The translations under genes and the position numbers were made by a program. The notes below the pieces were generated by a model that saw only the letters and a program-made list of their open reading frames with translations, made no database searches and was not told where the DNA came from. Shown piece after piece: positions 48,857-57,615 of a stretch of 64,000 bases of DNA. Source of the stretch: an uncultured Collinsella sp. (lineage in GTDB: Bacteria > Actinomycetota > Coriobacteriia > Coriobacteriales > Coriobacteriaceae); assembly GCA_959599915.1 (NCBI GenBank), contig CAUGJE010000009.1, positions 20,031 to 84,030 of the forward strand, given 5' to 3'. Each line of letters begins with the position of its first letter. The first letter of the stretch is position 1.

Positions 48857-49979
48857 GAACCGCGGCCGTCCACGATTGAGCCTTTTTAAATCTAACGGCC
48901 ATCTTTTCGCCGATTTCTCCCAGTTTTGACCAGTCCACGAATAGCTCAGACCGGAGTAATGTCTCGGCCCTTTGCTCATCCAAGCTTTTGTCACGATATT
49001 CAACATCGAGCATCCTGCATACGGCCTTTACGATCGCGCGGAATCTACCCTCATCGGATATCTGCCCGTGTGTCAGGAGCAGGACGTCGTAGCCCATGGC
49101 CTGAAGCGCCGTCATACGGTCGGCGTCACGCAGGCCATCCCCCGCGCGCCCGTGTGAGGCCTTCCCCTGACATTCGATGGCCACCTGCCGCCTTCCGTCC
49201 GGCGAAGACAGAAGTAGATCGATATACACACGCGACTTTCCCACAATCGATCGAGCACTTGTGCTTAGCGCCACTTCGACATTGAGTTCTATGCCGCAAA
49301 AACCTTCACCTCCCAGGGATCGCGACAGTCCAAACAACAAATACGCCTCAACCTCAAAAGGCGATGCGGCGCCCAATGGAACGAGATGCGATACCGCCAT
49401 AAATCGATTGCCGTAACGCATCCCGCAAACATCTGAACAAAAACGGTCAAGGTCGCCGCCCAAAACCAAAGCGTCTCGACGCCATAAATTTGAGGCGGTA
49501 CCGTCCTCGGACGGACAGCGCGACCAGCCCAGCGTTGTCGAAATCGCGCCCGAATCAATTGCACGCGAAAGCTCCGCCTCAAGCGCCGCCGGCAGAGCGC
49601 ACACCGCAAACAAGCCGCACATTTCCGCCAATACCAAAAGAAGCTGAAGATCAGTCAGATGCCGCGACATGATGAATGCCGTCAGTAGAGGAGATGTAAT
49701 CAAAAATCCATGCTCCGTTTCCAGCACAGATTCCCTGGGGAGCTCGCCAAGAAACAGCCGCTGCCTCATGCTGGCTGGACAAGTCCGCTTGTTTCTCGTC
49801 CGAACCAATGTATACAGCGGAAAGCCAAGCACAACCGCAGCCGTCGGGTTACGGGAGAGGTCATATCGCTGCCGGTCTTCTTCTGGTCGTGGAAGCGGCG
49901 GACACAAAGCGCGGACTTGAGGGGGCAAACGCCAGTACCTAAAAGCCGATATGTCACAAAGTAGATCCTTCATAGGCAC
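48846..49979 (-). CDS. DUF559/Vsr-like (PD-(D/E)xK-fold) endonuclease-domain protein with uncharacterised N-terminus
   Basis: SPFE...YIDL...VAIECQG...H...D..R..L.AMGYDV pattern; codon style differs from neighbours; start may be 49973. Confidence 0.75.
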   Translation of the reverse strand: MPMKDLLCDISAFRYWRLPPQVRALCPPLPRPEEDRQRYDLSRNPTAAVVLGFPLYTLVRTRNKRTCPASMRQRLFLGELPRESVLETEHGFLITSPLLTAFIMSRHLTDLQLLLVLAEMCGLFAVCALPAALEAELSRAIDSGAISTTLGWSRCPSEDGTASNLWRRDALVLGGDLDRFCSDVCGMRYGNRFMAVSHLVPLGAASPFEVEAYLLFGLSRSLGGEGFCGIELNVEVALSTSARSIVGKSRVYIDLLLSSPDGRRQVAIECQGKASHGRAGDGLRDADRMTALQAMGYDVLLLTHGQISDEGRFRAIVKAVCRMLDVEYRDKSLDEQRAETLLRSELFVDWSKLGEIGEKMAVRFKKAQSWTAAVLSE

Positions 49980-50155
49980 AGGAAAACACGGATTTCAACA
50001 CAGCCGGTCTCGCTATGGCGCGAACGCAGCGAAAATGGCGTCGAACGGACTGTCAAGTTTTCAACAGCCCTCCCCAACTGACCAAAAGCTTGCCAAGAAC
50101 TGGACGGGACCCTGTTGAAAACCTCATTTTTTTCTCGTGCAGGAGCTGTGCGCGG

Positions 50156-50276
50156 CAAGTGAGTAGACTTTTTCGAACTTACCGAGCAGACCGATCATCC
50201 TGCTTTTCAAAACCGCAGGTAGATAGCTTGTTACAAAACTGCCTGGTCGCTAAAGCGTTAAAAGTCTACTCATTTA
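50156..50276. repeat. 121-bp palindromic element upstream of the nuclease gene; contains the pdxR stop codon
   Basis: 96/121 identical without gaps to 48736-48856 by manual count; same orientation. Confidence 0.92.
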
Positions 50277-51706
50277 GATTGCAGAGTGTCCCCCATTAGC
50301 TGCAATTCCAAGGTATTAAGCACATTTGGACTCAAATCGTCATACTGGACAAGGATTCGAGTCGGGTTTTCATGGACAGATGCGCCGCCGGCACACCAAA
50401 AACAGTCACTGATATCGATAAAAGGAATGCTCGAGCGCGTGAGGGCCTGTGCAAAAGAGCTTCCGCCCGTTCCACGCTCCGCAACCACAGTGCAGTAAAG
50501 GCCCGCGTCTGCATGCTCGATCGAGACCTCCCCCGCCGGAAACGCTTTCCGTACAAGTGCCGTCAGGCCATCACGCGCCTCGCGAGCACGAACGCGCACA
50601 CGGTTTACATGCCGCTCGTAATCACCCGATTCCAGCAAACGCGCCAAGGCAACCTGGTCAACAGAGCTCACCGACGAGGCGTAAAAACCAAGGTTGTGCT
50701 TAAACTGCTCCATTAGTTCATCGGGCAACACCATGTACGCTAGACGCAACGCCGATGACAGGCTCTTCGAAAACGTGTTGGTGTAGATAACTGACTGGGC
50801 GGCATCGATCGACGCGAGCGCGGGAATCGGCTTGCCGGCAAGGCGAAACTCACAATCAAAGTCATCTTCGATGAGATACCGACCTGGTCGCTCGGTGGCC
50901 CAGCTCAGCAGCGCGTAGCGACGCGCAATGCTCGTCACAAGACCGGTCGGATACTGATGGGACGGCATCAGGTGAAGGACATCGGTCCCGGTTTTCTGCA
51001 GAGCGCTCAGGTCCACGCCGTCATCATCCAACGGGATATGTCGTACTTGGCAACCCATAGCCTGATAGATGCGCGTCAGGCGCAAATACCCCGGATCCTC
51101 AACGGCATACACCTTGTCGGCTCCAAGCAATTGAACCAACATGGTATCGAGCAGCTGGGCGCCCGCACCGATAACGATGTTGTCGGGGTCGACATTCATG
51201 CCCCTCGTCCCGCGTAGATGGTGCGCAATCGCACGTCGCAGCCGAGCGGTGCCCTGCGCCGGCGCGGGCGAAAAGATTTCACGTTCGTCTTCGGATGTCA
51301 GCGTCGCCCGTAGCGCGCTTTGCCAAAGCCGCGCCGCCTCCAAAGCGGAAGGAGAAAGCGCATCGAATCGCTCGACCTGTCCGTTGACATCATGCGCGCT
51401 GGGGTCCACGGAGGCGACATCTCGGTCGATGCCCTCCGCAGCCGAAGCCAAAACCGGTGCATCCGGAAGTTCGCACGCGTAGTAGCCGCGCCGCGGCTTT
51501 GAGCAAATATAACCCTCGGCAAGCAACTGGCTATATGCATTTTCGATTGTAATGACACTGATTCCCAGATGACTGGCAAAGGCGCGCTTAGACGGCAAAT
51601 GCTCTCCCGCCGCAATGCGCCCAGCAACGATATCATCTCGAATTTGCTGGTAAACATACTCATAGAGCGATGCCTCGCCGCGTTGTTCCAAATTGTAGTC
51701 GAGCAT
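50270..51706 (-). CDS. pdxR: MocR/GabR-family PLP-binding regulator, divergent from pdxST
   Basis: LPSKR..A..LGISVITIENAY wHTH; EDPGY, PSHQYPTG, IEDDFD, TFSKSL; synteny with pdxS. Confidence 0.88.
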   Translation of the reverse strand: MLDYNLEQRGEASLYEYVYQQIRDDIVAGRIAAGEHLPSKRAFASHLGISVITIENAYSQLLAEGYICSKPRRGYYACELPDAPVLASAAEGIDRDVASVDPSAHDVNGQVERFDALSPSALEAARLWQSALRATLTSEDEREIFSPAPAQGTARLRRAIAHHLRGTRGMNVDPDNIVIGAGAQLLDTMLVQLLGADKVYAVEDPGYLRLTRIYQAMGCQVRHIPLDDDGVDLSALQKTGTDVLHLMPSHQYPTGLVTSIARRYALLSWATERPGRYLIEDDFDCEFRLAGKPIPALASIDAAQSVIYTNTFSKSLSSALRLAYMVLPDELMEQFKHNLGFYASSVSSVDQVALARLLESGDYERHVNRVRVRAREARDGLTALVRKAFPAGEVSIEHADAGLYCTVVAERGTGGSSFAQALTRSSIPFIDISDCFWCAGGASVHENPTRILVQYDDLSPNVLNTLELQLMGDTLQSK

Positions 51707-51717
51707 GAGTTTGTCAC

Positions 51718-51759
51718 CTGACCTTATCGAGTCATTCAATCTGATATTAGTCTGACCTT
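51718..51759. promoter_or_regulatory. Putative PdxR operator (CTGACCTT direct repeats)
   Basis: CTGACCTT at 51718 and 51752, CTGATA at 51741, in the pdxR-pdxS intergenic region. Confidence 0.55.
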
Positions 51760-51850
51760 GTTATTATCTTGAAAACTGAGTATTTCGCCATACCCAGCTC
51801 CCCGATAGGATGTTCGTCAAGCAATGCACATGCCAACCAAGGGAGCAACC

Positions 51851-52741
51851 ATGGCAGAACAGGCCAGCAACGCCGATCGCGTCAAACTCAACCGCGAGCT
51901 CGCGCAGATGCTCAAGGGCGGTGTCATCATGGACGTCACCACGCCCGAGCAGGCACGCATCGCCGAGGAGGCAGGCGCCTGCGCCGTCATGGCGCTTGAG
52001 CGCATCCCGGCCGACATCCGCGCCGCCGGCGGCGTGTCGCGCATGAGTGACCCCAAGATGATCAAGGGCATTCAAGAGGCCGTCTCCATCCCCGTTATGG
52101 CCAAGTGCCGCATCGGCCACATTGTCGAGGCGCAGGTCCTGCAGGCCATCGAAATCGATTACATCGACGAGTCCGAGGTTCTCTCCCCCGCCGACGATGT
52201 CTACCACATCGACAAGACCCAGTTTGACGTCCCGTTTGTCTGCGGTGCCCGTGACCTGGGCGAGGCGCTGCGCCGCGTCGCCGAGGGCGCCACGATGATC
52301 CGCACCAAGGGCGAGCCGGGCACGGGCGACGTCGTTCAGGCCGTGCGCCACATGCGCAAGATCCAAAAGCAGATCCGCGACGTTGTTGCCCTGCGTGACG
52401 ACGAGCTCTTTGAGGCAGCCAAGCAGCTGCAGGTTCCGGTCGAGCTGGTGCGCGAGGTCCATGCCACGGGCAAGCTTCCCGTCGTGAACTTTGCTGCCGG
52501 CGGCATCGCGACCCCCGCCGATGCCGCGCTGATGATGCAGCTGGGCGCCGAAGGCGTCTTTGTCGGATCGGGTATCTTTAAGAGCGGCGACCCGGCCAAG
52601 CGCGCCGCCGCCATCGTTAAGGCCGTAGCCAACTTCACCGACGCCAAGCTCATCGCTGAGCTTTCGGAGGATCTAGGCGAGGCCATGGTCGGCATCAACG
52701 CCGACGAGATCGAGATCATCATGGAGGAGCGCGGACGCTAG
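51851..52741 (+). CDS. pdxS: Pyridoxal 5'-phosphate synthase, lyase subunit
   Basis: [42 protein letters not shown]. Confidence 0.97.
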   Translation: MAEQASNADRVKLNRELAQMLKGGVIMDVTTPEQARIAEEAGACAVMALERIPADIRAAGGVSRMSDPKMIKGIQEAVSIPVMAKCRIGHIVEAQVLQAIEIDYIDESEVLSPADDVYHIDKTQFDVPFVCGARDLGEALRRVAEGATMIRTKGEPGTGDVVQAVRHMRKIQKQIRDVVALRDDELFEAAKQLQVPVELVREVHATGKLPVVNFAAGGIATPADAALMMQLGAEGVFVGSGIFKSGDPAKRAAAIVKAVANFTDAKLIAELSEDLGEAMVGINADEIEIIMEERGR

Positions 52742-52761
52742 TCCGGCAGAAAGGATCGCAC

Positions 52762-53349
52762 ATGAGCGATTACGCAGACCAGACGGTCGCCGTGCTGGCG
52801 GTCCAAGGTGCTTTTGCCGAGCACGAGGCGAGGCTGTCCGAGCTGGGCGCACGTTGTATTGAGCTGAGGCAGGCGGCTGATTTGAAGCAGGACTTTGACC
52901 GTCTGGTACTTCCCGGCGGCGAGTCTACCGTTCAAGGGAAGCTGCTTGATGAGTTGGGCATGTTCGAGGAGCTTCGTGCCCGCATCGCTGAAGGCATGCC
53001 CGTCCTGGGCACCTGCGCCGGCCTGATTCTGATGGCTCACGACCTTGCCGCCCATGACGATAAGGGGACGCCGCGTTTGGCAAACATGGATGTACTTGTC
53101 GAGCGCAATGCCTACGGCAGGCAGCTCGGCAGCTTTCGAACCAAGGGGCAGGTAGCCGGCATCGACGGTGAAGTGCCGCTGACGTTTATCCGCGCGCCCC
53201 GCATCGTCGAGGTCCACGGCGACGCCAAGGCCTTAGCGAAAGTCGACAGGCGCATCGTCGCCGCCCGCCAGGGCAACCAGCTCGGCGTAACCTTCCACCC
53301 CGAACTCGATGAAGACACCCGTCTCCACGAACTGTTCCTGCAAATGTAG
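52762..53349 (+). CDS. pdxT: PLP synthase glutaminase subunit
   Basis: LAVQGAF.EH, PGGEST, GTCAG, RNAYGRQ, FHPE. Confidence 0.96.
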   Translation: MSDYADQTVAVLAVQGAFAEHEARLSELGARCIELRQAADLKQDFDRLVLPGGESTVQGKLLDELGMFEELRARIAEGMPVLGTCAGLILMAHDLAAHDDKGTPRLANMDVLVERNAYGRQLGSFRTKGQVAGIDGEVPLTFIRAPRIVEVHGDAKALAKVDRRIVAARQGNQLGVTFHPELDEDTRLHELFLQM

Positions 53350-53471
53350 GCGGAATAGAAACAAGCGTGGATTATCGGACACATAACAAATGAGAGTGGA
53401 TAATCTTCCACTTTGAGCTTGAATGCAGGCTCAAACCGGGAGAGTATCCACTCTCGTTCTATTTAGTCGTT

Positions 53472-53523
53472 GTAGTCGTTGGGGACGTTCTTAAACGACT
53501 AGTCAAACAAGAACGTCCCCAAA
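53472..53523. repeat. REP-like inverted pair at the element insertion point
   Basis: GTAGTCGTTGGGGACGTTCTTAAACGACTA followed by inverted AAGAACGTCCCCAA; 14-bp IR 53479-53492 / 53509-53522. Confidence 0.7.
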
Positions 53524-53580
53524 GGGTCACTATAATAAGGATAGAAAGGTCGTGAAAATACAAAACAGGAGGTTACACAC

Positions 53581-55941
53581 ATGAGGAAGCAGGAGCAAAA
53601 GGGTAAAATCACAGCATTGTACGAAAGGTTATCTCACGACGATGGGCGGTCTGACGAGAGCGTGTCCGTAGAAAATCAAAAGCGCATCCTGGAGGACTAC
53701 GCCCGAAAAAATGGCTTCACTAATGTCCGCCACTTCACCGATGACGGGGTGCGGGGAACGACCTTCAAGCGGCCCGGCCTGGACGCTATGGTGGACGAGA
53801 TACGGGCCGGAAATGTGGCTACCGTCATTGTCAAAGACCAGAGCAGAATAGGCCGTGACGTGGTGGAGGTCGGCTTGCTCAAACGCACCTTTGACGAGTA
53901 CAACGTCCGCTTTATCGCCGCCAATGACAACCTGGACACCGCCAATGGATTTGATATTATGTCCATCTTCCGGGATGTGATAAATGAGTGGTACGTTGCT
54001 GACACCAGCCGCAAAATCAAGACCGTTTTCAAGTCCAGAATGGAAAAGGGCCTGCGCTGTTCGGGGGCCGTCCCCTATGGCTATCTCGCCTCAAAAGAAG
54101 AAAAGGGCGAGTGGGTGATCGACGAGGAAGCTGCCGCCGTTGTGCGCCGCATCTTTCAGATGGTCATGGACGGTCAGAGCGTCAACGGCATCGCCCGAAC
54201 GCTGCGGGCCGAGCAAATCCCCATCCCTTCCGAACACTGGAAGCGTATCGGCTGTCCTGTTCGAGCCAACAGCTACCGCGACCCCTACGCATGGTCTGCC
54301 ACCACCCTGGGTTATATTCTTAAAAGGCCGGAGTACCTGGGGCGCAAGGTGCTGGGCAAGACTGTCTGTGAGAACTACAAGACTAAAAGCACCCGCAGGA
54401 CAATGCCAGAGGAACAATTTGTATTTGAGGGAGCCGTCCCCGCCATCATTGACGAAGAAACGTGGCACAATGTTCAGCGTTTGCGGGAAACCAAGCGCCG
54501 GACACCCAAGCGGAGTAATGCCCCTAACCGTTTAACCGGACTGCTCTACTGTGCCGACTGCGGCGCAAAGCTGACCCACCACAACAGTCTTGTCCAAGGC
54601 AAGTACATTGACGATGCTTTCACCTGTTCCAGATACCGGGCACCTATGGAGGATTGCACCATTCACTATGTTGCCACGCAAAAGCTGGAAGCGGCGATCC
54701 TCTCCGCCATCCAGCGGATAAGCTGGTATGTCCGCAACAACGAGCAGGAGTTTGTTCAGCGGGTTCGAAAGGCATCCAGTCTGCGCCAGGAGGAAGCAGT
54801 CAAGGATTGCCGGAAACAGATTGTCCAGGCGAAGAAGCGCCACGCCGAACTGGACGGACTGGTGAAGAAGCTGTACGAGGCCAACGCCACGGGCAAGCTG
54901 CCGGATAAGCATTTCAGCCGTCTCCTTGCCGAGTATGACGAGGAACAGGCCGCGCTGGAAGCCTCCATGACGGAGTGGCAGGGCTTGCTGGACAACTGGA
55001 ACGCCGACCGGGTGAGAATGACGGAGTTTATCGACCTTGCCAAGCGGTACACCGATTTTTCGGAACTGACTACGCCCATTCTCAATGAGTTTATCGAGAA
55101 AATCGTTGTCCATGAGGGCAACGGACGGGGAAAGCAGCGCCGTCAGCGGTTAGATTTCTATTTCAATTTCATTGGCGCGTTTGAGGTTCCCGCCGACATT
55201 GTGACCCCGATGGAGCAGGAGGAAGAACGCCGCCAGCAGGAGGAACAGGCAGAGAAAGAGGAACGCTCCCAGGTGCTTGCCCAGGTTCGGTATGAGAGGT
55301 ACAAGCAGGAGCGCCGGGAGTTTACCGCGAGGAAGCGGGCGGGCCTGTTGACCCCGGAGGAACAGGCGGAGGAAGAACGGCGGTTAGAGCGCAATCGGGC
55401 CTATCAGCAGAAGCAACGCGACAAGAAAAAGGCCAGTCAGCCAGAGAAGCCTCGCAAACGCTCACTGAAGGAACTCGCCAAGCTGGATGGAGCCGATCTC
55501 ACCCCGGAGGAAGCGGAGCGGCTTGCGGCGCACCGCCAGAAGAAAGCCGAGCAGCACAAAGCGTGGCGTGACAGGCAGAAGTCCGCACAGCCCCCGAAGC
55601 CCCAACAGCGGACGTTGAAAGAACTTGCCAGATGTGCCGAGGCAGGTTTGCCTCTCACCCTAGAAGAAGCGGAACGGCTGGAAGCCCATCGCAATCGGAA
55701 AAAGGCGGCTTTGCAGGATTTGAAAGCCCGCGCCGAAACCGACCCGGTAGCGGCGGCAGAGTTGGCGCAGCAGAGAGCGCAACAGTCAGAAGCGGTAAAG
55801 AAGTCCCGTCAGAAAATGTATGCGGACGCTGCCGCCGGAGATCCCGAAGCCCAGGCCCGGTATGAACGTATGCTTGCCGCGAGGCGGGAGAACTACCACA
55901 GGAAGAAACAGGCAGAAGCCGAAGCTGCTCAAGTCAGCTAA
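53581..55941 (+). CDS. Large serine recombinase (TnpX/TndX family, DUF4368-type region) with long charged C-terminal extension
   Basis: YERLS (catalytic Ser), DDGVRGT, VKDQSRIGR, PYGY, LYCADCG, LNEFIEKIVVHE; SD AGGAGG. Confidence 0.92.
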   Translation: MRKQEQKGKITALYERLSHDDGRSDESVSVENQKRILEDYARKNGFTNVRHFTDDGVRGTTFKRPGLDAMVDEIRAGNVATVIVKDQSRIGRDVVEVGLLKRTFDEYNVRFIAANDNLDTANGFDIMSIFRDVINEWYVADTSRKIKTVFKSRMEKGLRCSGAVPYGYLASKEEKGEWVIDEEAAAVVRRIFQMVMDGQSVNGIARTLRAEQIPIPSEHWKRIGCPVRANSYRDPYAWSATTLGYILKRPEYLGRKVLGKTVCENYKTKSTRRTMPEEQFVFEGAVPAIIDEETWHNVQRLRETKRRTPKRSNAPNRLTGLLYCADCGAKLTHHNSLVQGKYIDDAFTCSRYRAPMEDCTIHYVATQKLEAAILSAIQRISWYVRNNEQEFVQRVRKASSLRQEEAVKDCRKQIVQAKKRHAELDGLVKKLYEANATGKLPDKHFSRLLAEYDEEQAALEASMTEWQGLLDNWNADRVRMTEFIDLAKRYTDFSELTTPILNEFIEKIVVHEGNGRGKQRRQRLDFYFNFIGAFEVPADIVTPMEQEEERRQQEEQAEKEERSQVLAQVRYERYKQERREFTARKRAGLLTPEEQAEEERRLERNRAYQQKQRDKKKASQPEKPRKRSLKELAKLDGADLTPEEAERLAAHRQKKAEQHKAWRDRQKSAQPPKPQQRTLKELARCAEAGLPLTLEEAERLEAHRNRKKAALQDLKARAETDPVAAAELAQQRAQQSEAVKKSRQKMYADAAAGDPEAQARYERMLAARRENYHRKKQAEAEAAQVS

Positions 55942-55951
55942 CGTAGATACA

Positions 55952-55988
55952 GAAAACGCCAGGGACAACGATAGTCCGTGGCGTTTTT
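55952..55988. terminator. Bidirectional terminator between recombinase and Rpn-like gene
   Basis: AAAACGCCAGGGAC/GTCCGTGGCGTTTTT. Confidence 0.7.
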
Positions 55989-55992
55989 GTCA

Positions 55993-56163
55993 TTACTGCC
56001 GTTCCAGCAAATCCATATATTTCTGACGTTCGCCCTCCGGGACTTTCAGCGCCGCCATAGCCTGTTCAATGGTCAGCCCCATCGTTTCCATGAGGTTTTT
56101 GATAGAGGACAAGATACCTTTAGCAACGCCTTTTTCCTCAACGCCCTTGCTCAAATTACACAT
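55993..56163 (-). CDS. Putative in-frame internal 56-aa protein (Rpn-S-like intragenic antitoxin)
   Basis: Strong SD GGGAGGTG just upstream of internal ATG (MCNLSKG...LLERQ). Confidence 0.55.
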   Translation of the reverse strand: MCNLSKGVEEKGVAKGILSSIKNLMETMGLTIEQAMAALKVPEGERQKYMDLLERQ

Positions 56164-56937
56164 GACCGACACCTCCCTTTCCATTGTCTGCGTCATTTGA
56201 ATGTCGTAATCGTCCTGCAAAATTTTCCGCTTTTCCGCCTCGCTGGTTTCGTTGGAGAGAAGCACATCCAGCATCCGCAATACGCCGTCATAATTTGACC
56301 CATCCGGCCCGCCAAGGCACAGCATGATGATGGACAGCAAATCATAATTCCTGATGGGTTCTTTGCCCTCGCCGACCAGATATTCTTCCACCAGCCGATA
56401 CCGGGTAATGGTGTTCTCTCGATACTGCGGCGGTTTCATGCAAATCCAGATGGAGTAGACCTTCTTGATTTTCTCATAATGGGAGCCAGTGAACTCCCTG
56501 CCGTACTGGGAAGAAATCATGCGGCAACAGTAGTATATGCCACGCTTTATCAGCGGATAGCCGGGGTAAAAATCGTTCTGGGCCTCCACGTTGATGATGA
56601 GGGCAATTTGTTCCTCGGAGTCGGGAACGATGGCGCGGAAGCGAATGTCATAGGTGACTGTCCCCTCGCGCACCGATTTGTCCTCGGTGTCCATGCCGCT
56701 GATGACTGTGCCACCCTCGTCCGGCAGCACCGGGACGGCGGACACCTGGGGTTGGCCCTCAATGTACTTCTCGGCAATATCATTGACATCGCAATCCTTG
56801 TATTCTTCCAGGCAGGACTTCATAATCCGCGCCAGGATTGCCTTTTCAGACAGGACACGCTTACAGGCGGCATCATAACCCGCGCTGTCATCTGTGACGT
56901 GCAGTCCCTGGGCGATTGTCGTTTTGAGCTCCACCAT
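55993..56937 (-). CDS. Rpn/YhgA-like PD-(D/E)xK nuclease family protein
   Basis: YDAACK, YDIRF...INVEAQ, RGIYYCCRMIS, KVYSIWI; C-terminal KG.EKG tail. Confidence 0.8.
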   Translation of the reverse strand: MVELKTTIAQGLHVTDDSAGYDAACKRVLSEKAILARIMKSCLEEYKDCDVNDIAEKYIEGQPQVSAVPVLPDEGGTVISGMDTEDKSVREGTVTYDIRFRAIVPDSEEQIALIINVEAQNDFYPGYPLIKRGIYYCCRMISSQYGREFTGSHYEKIKKVYSIWICMKPPQYRENTITRYRLVEEYLVGEGKEPIRNYDLLSIIMLCLGGPDGSNYDGVLRMLDVLLSNETSEAEKRKILQDDYDIQMTQTMEREVSVMCNLSKGVEEKGVAKGILSSIKNLMETMGLTIEQAMAALKVPEGERQKYMDLLERQ

Positions 56938-57070
56938 CCTCACCTTCTTTCGTTTCATTCTACCACAGCTTTGCCAGCGCGTCCACTTCTTTTTTGAAAA
57001 GAGTTGCGTATGGCGTATACACGAGAGAGATATGGAGGTGCAGTGACAGAAAAAATTTATCTTAACAGGG

Positions 57071-57340
57071 TTGCTTTTGGGAATTTGATATGCTATACTA
57101 TAAAAATCCAAGCAAAGGAGTTTATCAATATGCGGCAAGGTATTCTTAAATAAAATTTGATAATGGGAACAAAGACAAACGTCCTCAAGGAGAGGGCTTG
57201 GTTTTTGTACCCAATTTAAGAATACTTTTGCCTTTTCATTTCATATCGTGATAGACAACGGCCAGCCTTGGCCGCAGTTTTCATGTGTGTCCTACCTATC
57301 ATCCCCAGCGGTAAAAGTATTTGTCGCTGGGGATTTTTGC
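57071..57340 (+). promoter_or_regulatory. tet ribosomal-protection-gene promoter and leader/attenuator
   Basis: TTGCTT-17-TATACT with extended TG; mini-ORF MRQGILK (57130-57153); leader-peptide-like PSGKSICRW; hairpin CCCCAGCG/CGCTGGGG plus TTTTT. Confidence 0.8.
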
Positions 57341-57372
57341 GCCCTTCTGGGCCTTGTATGGAGGACAATCAT

Positions 57373-57615
57373 ATGAAAATCATCAATATTGGCATTCTTG
57401 CTCATGTAGACGCAGGTAAGACGACCTTGACGGAGAGCCTGTTATATACCAGCGGAGCAATCGAGGCGCTCGAGCCGTGGGAACAGCGCGAGATCATGCG
57501 CTTGGTCGGTAAGTTCTCCCATGTTCTTAACGAAGAGTGCGAGGCATTTAAACGGCAAGTGGCCGCCGAGAACGAGGCTGACGATAAGGGCGAAGGGGAG
57601 ACATGCGACTCTTAA
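57373..57615 (+). pseudogene. Chimeric ORF: first 30 codons of a TetM/O/W/32-family gene fused in frame to a 50-aa host tail, probably a MarR C-terminus
   Basis: [30 protein letters not shown] then [25 protein letters not shown]...; codon style switches at ~57462. Confidence 0.88.

Larger units (their letters stand above)
53524..57462. mobile_element. Truncated Firmicutes-type serine-recombinase (TnpX/TndX-like) integrative element carrying an Rpn-like gene and a tet fragment
   Basis: Abrupt change in codon and intergenic style; TATAAT at the left end (53531); recombinase; tet leader; no right end found; left boundary approximate. Confidence 0.8.

Noticed and set aside
55993..57138. 381-aa version of the Rpn-like ORF
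   Set aside because: The extension crosses the AT-rich divergent promoter region; the SD-supported start is 56937
53524..57462. Intact conjugative or mobilisable transposon
   Set aside because: No relaxase, T4SS genes or right end found; the element is truncated at the tet junction
57373..57615. Functional tetracycline resistance gene
   Set aside because: Only 30 codons of a ribosomal protection protein of over 600 aa remain
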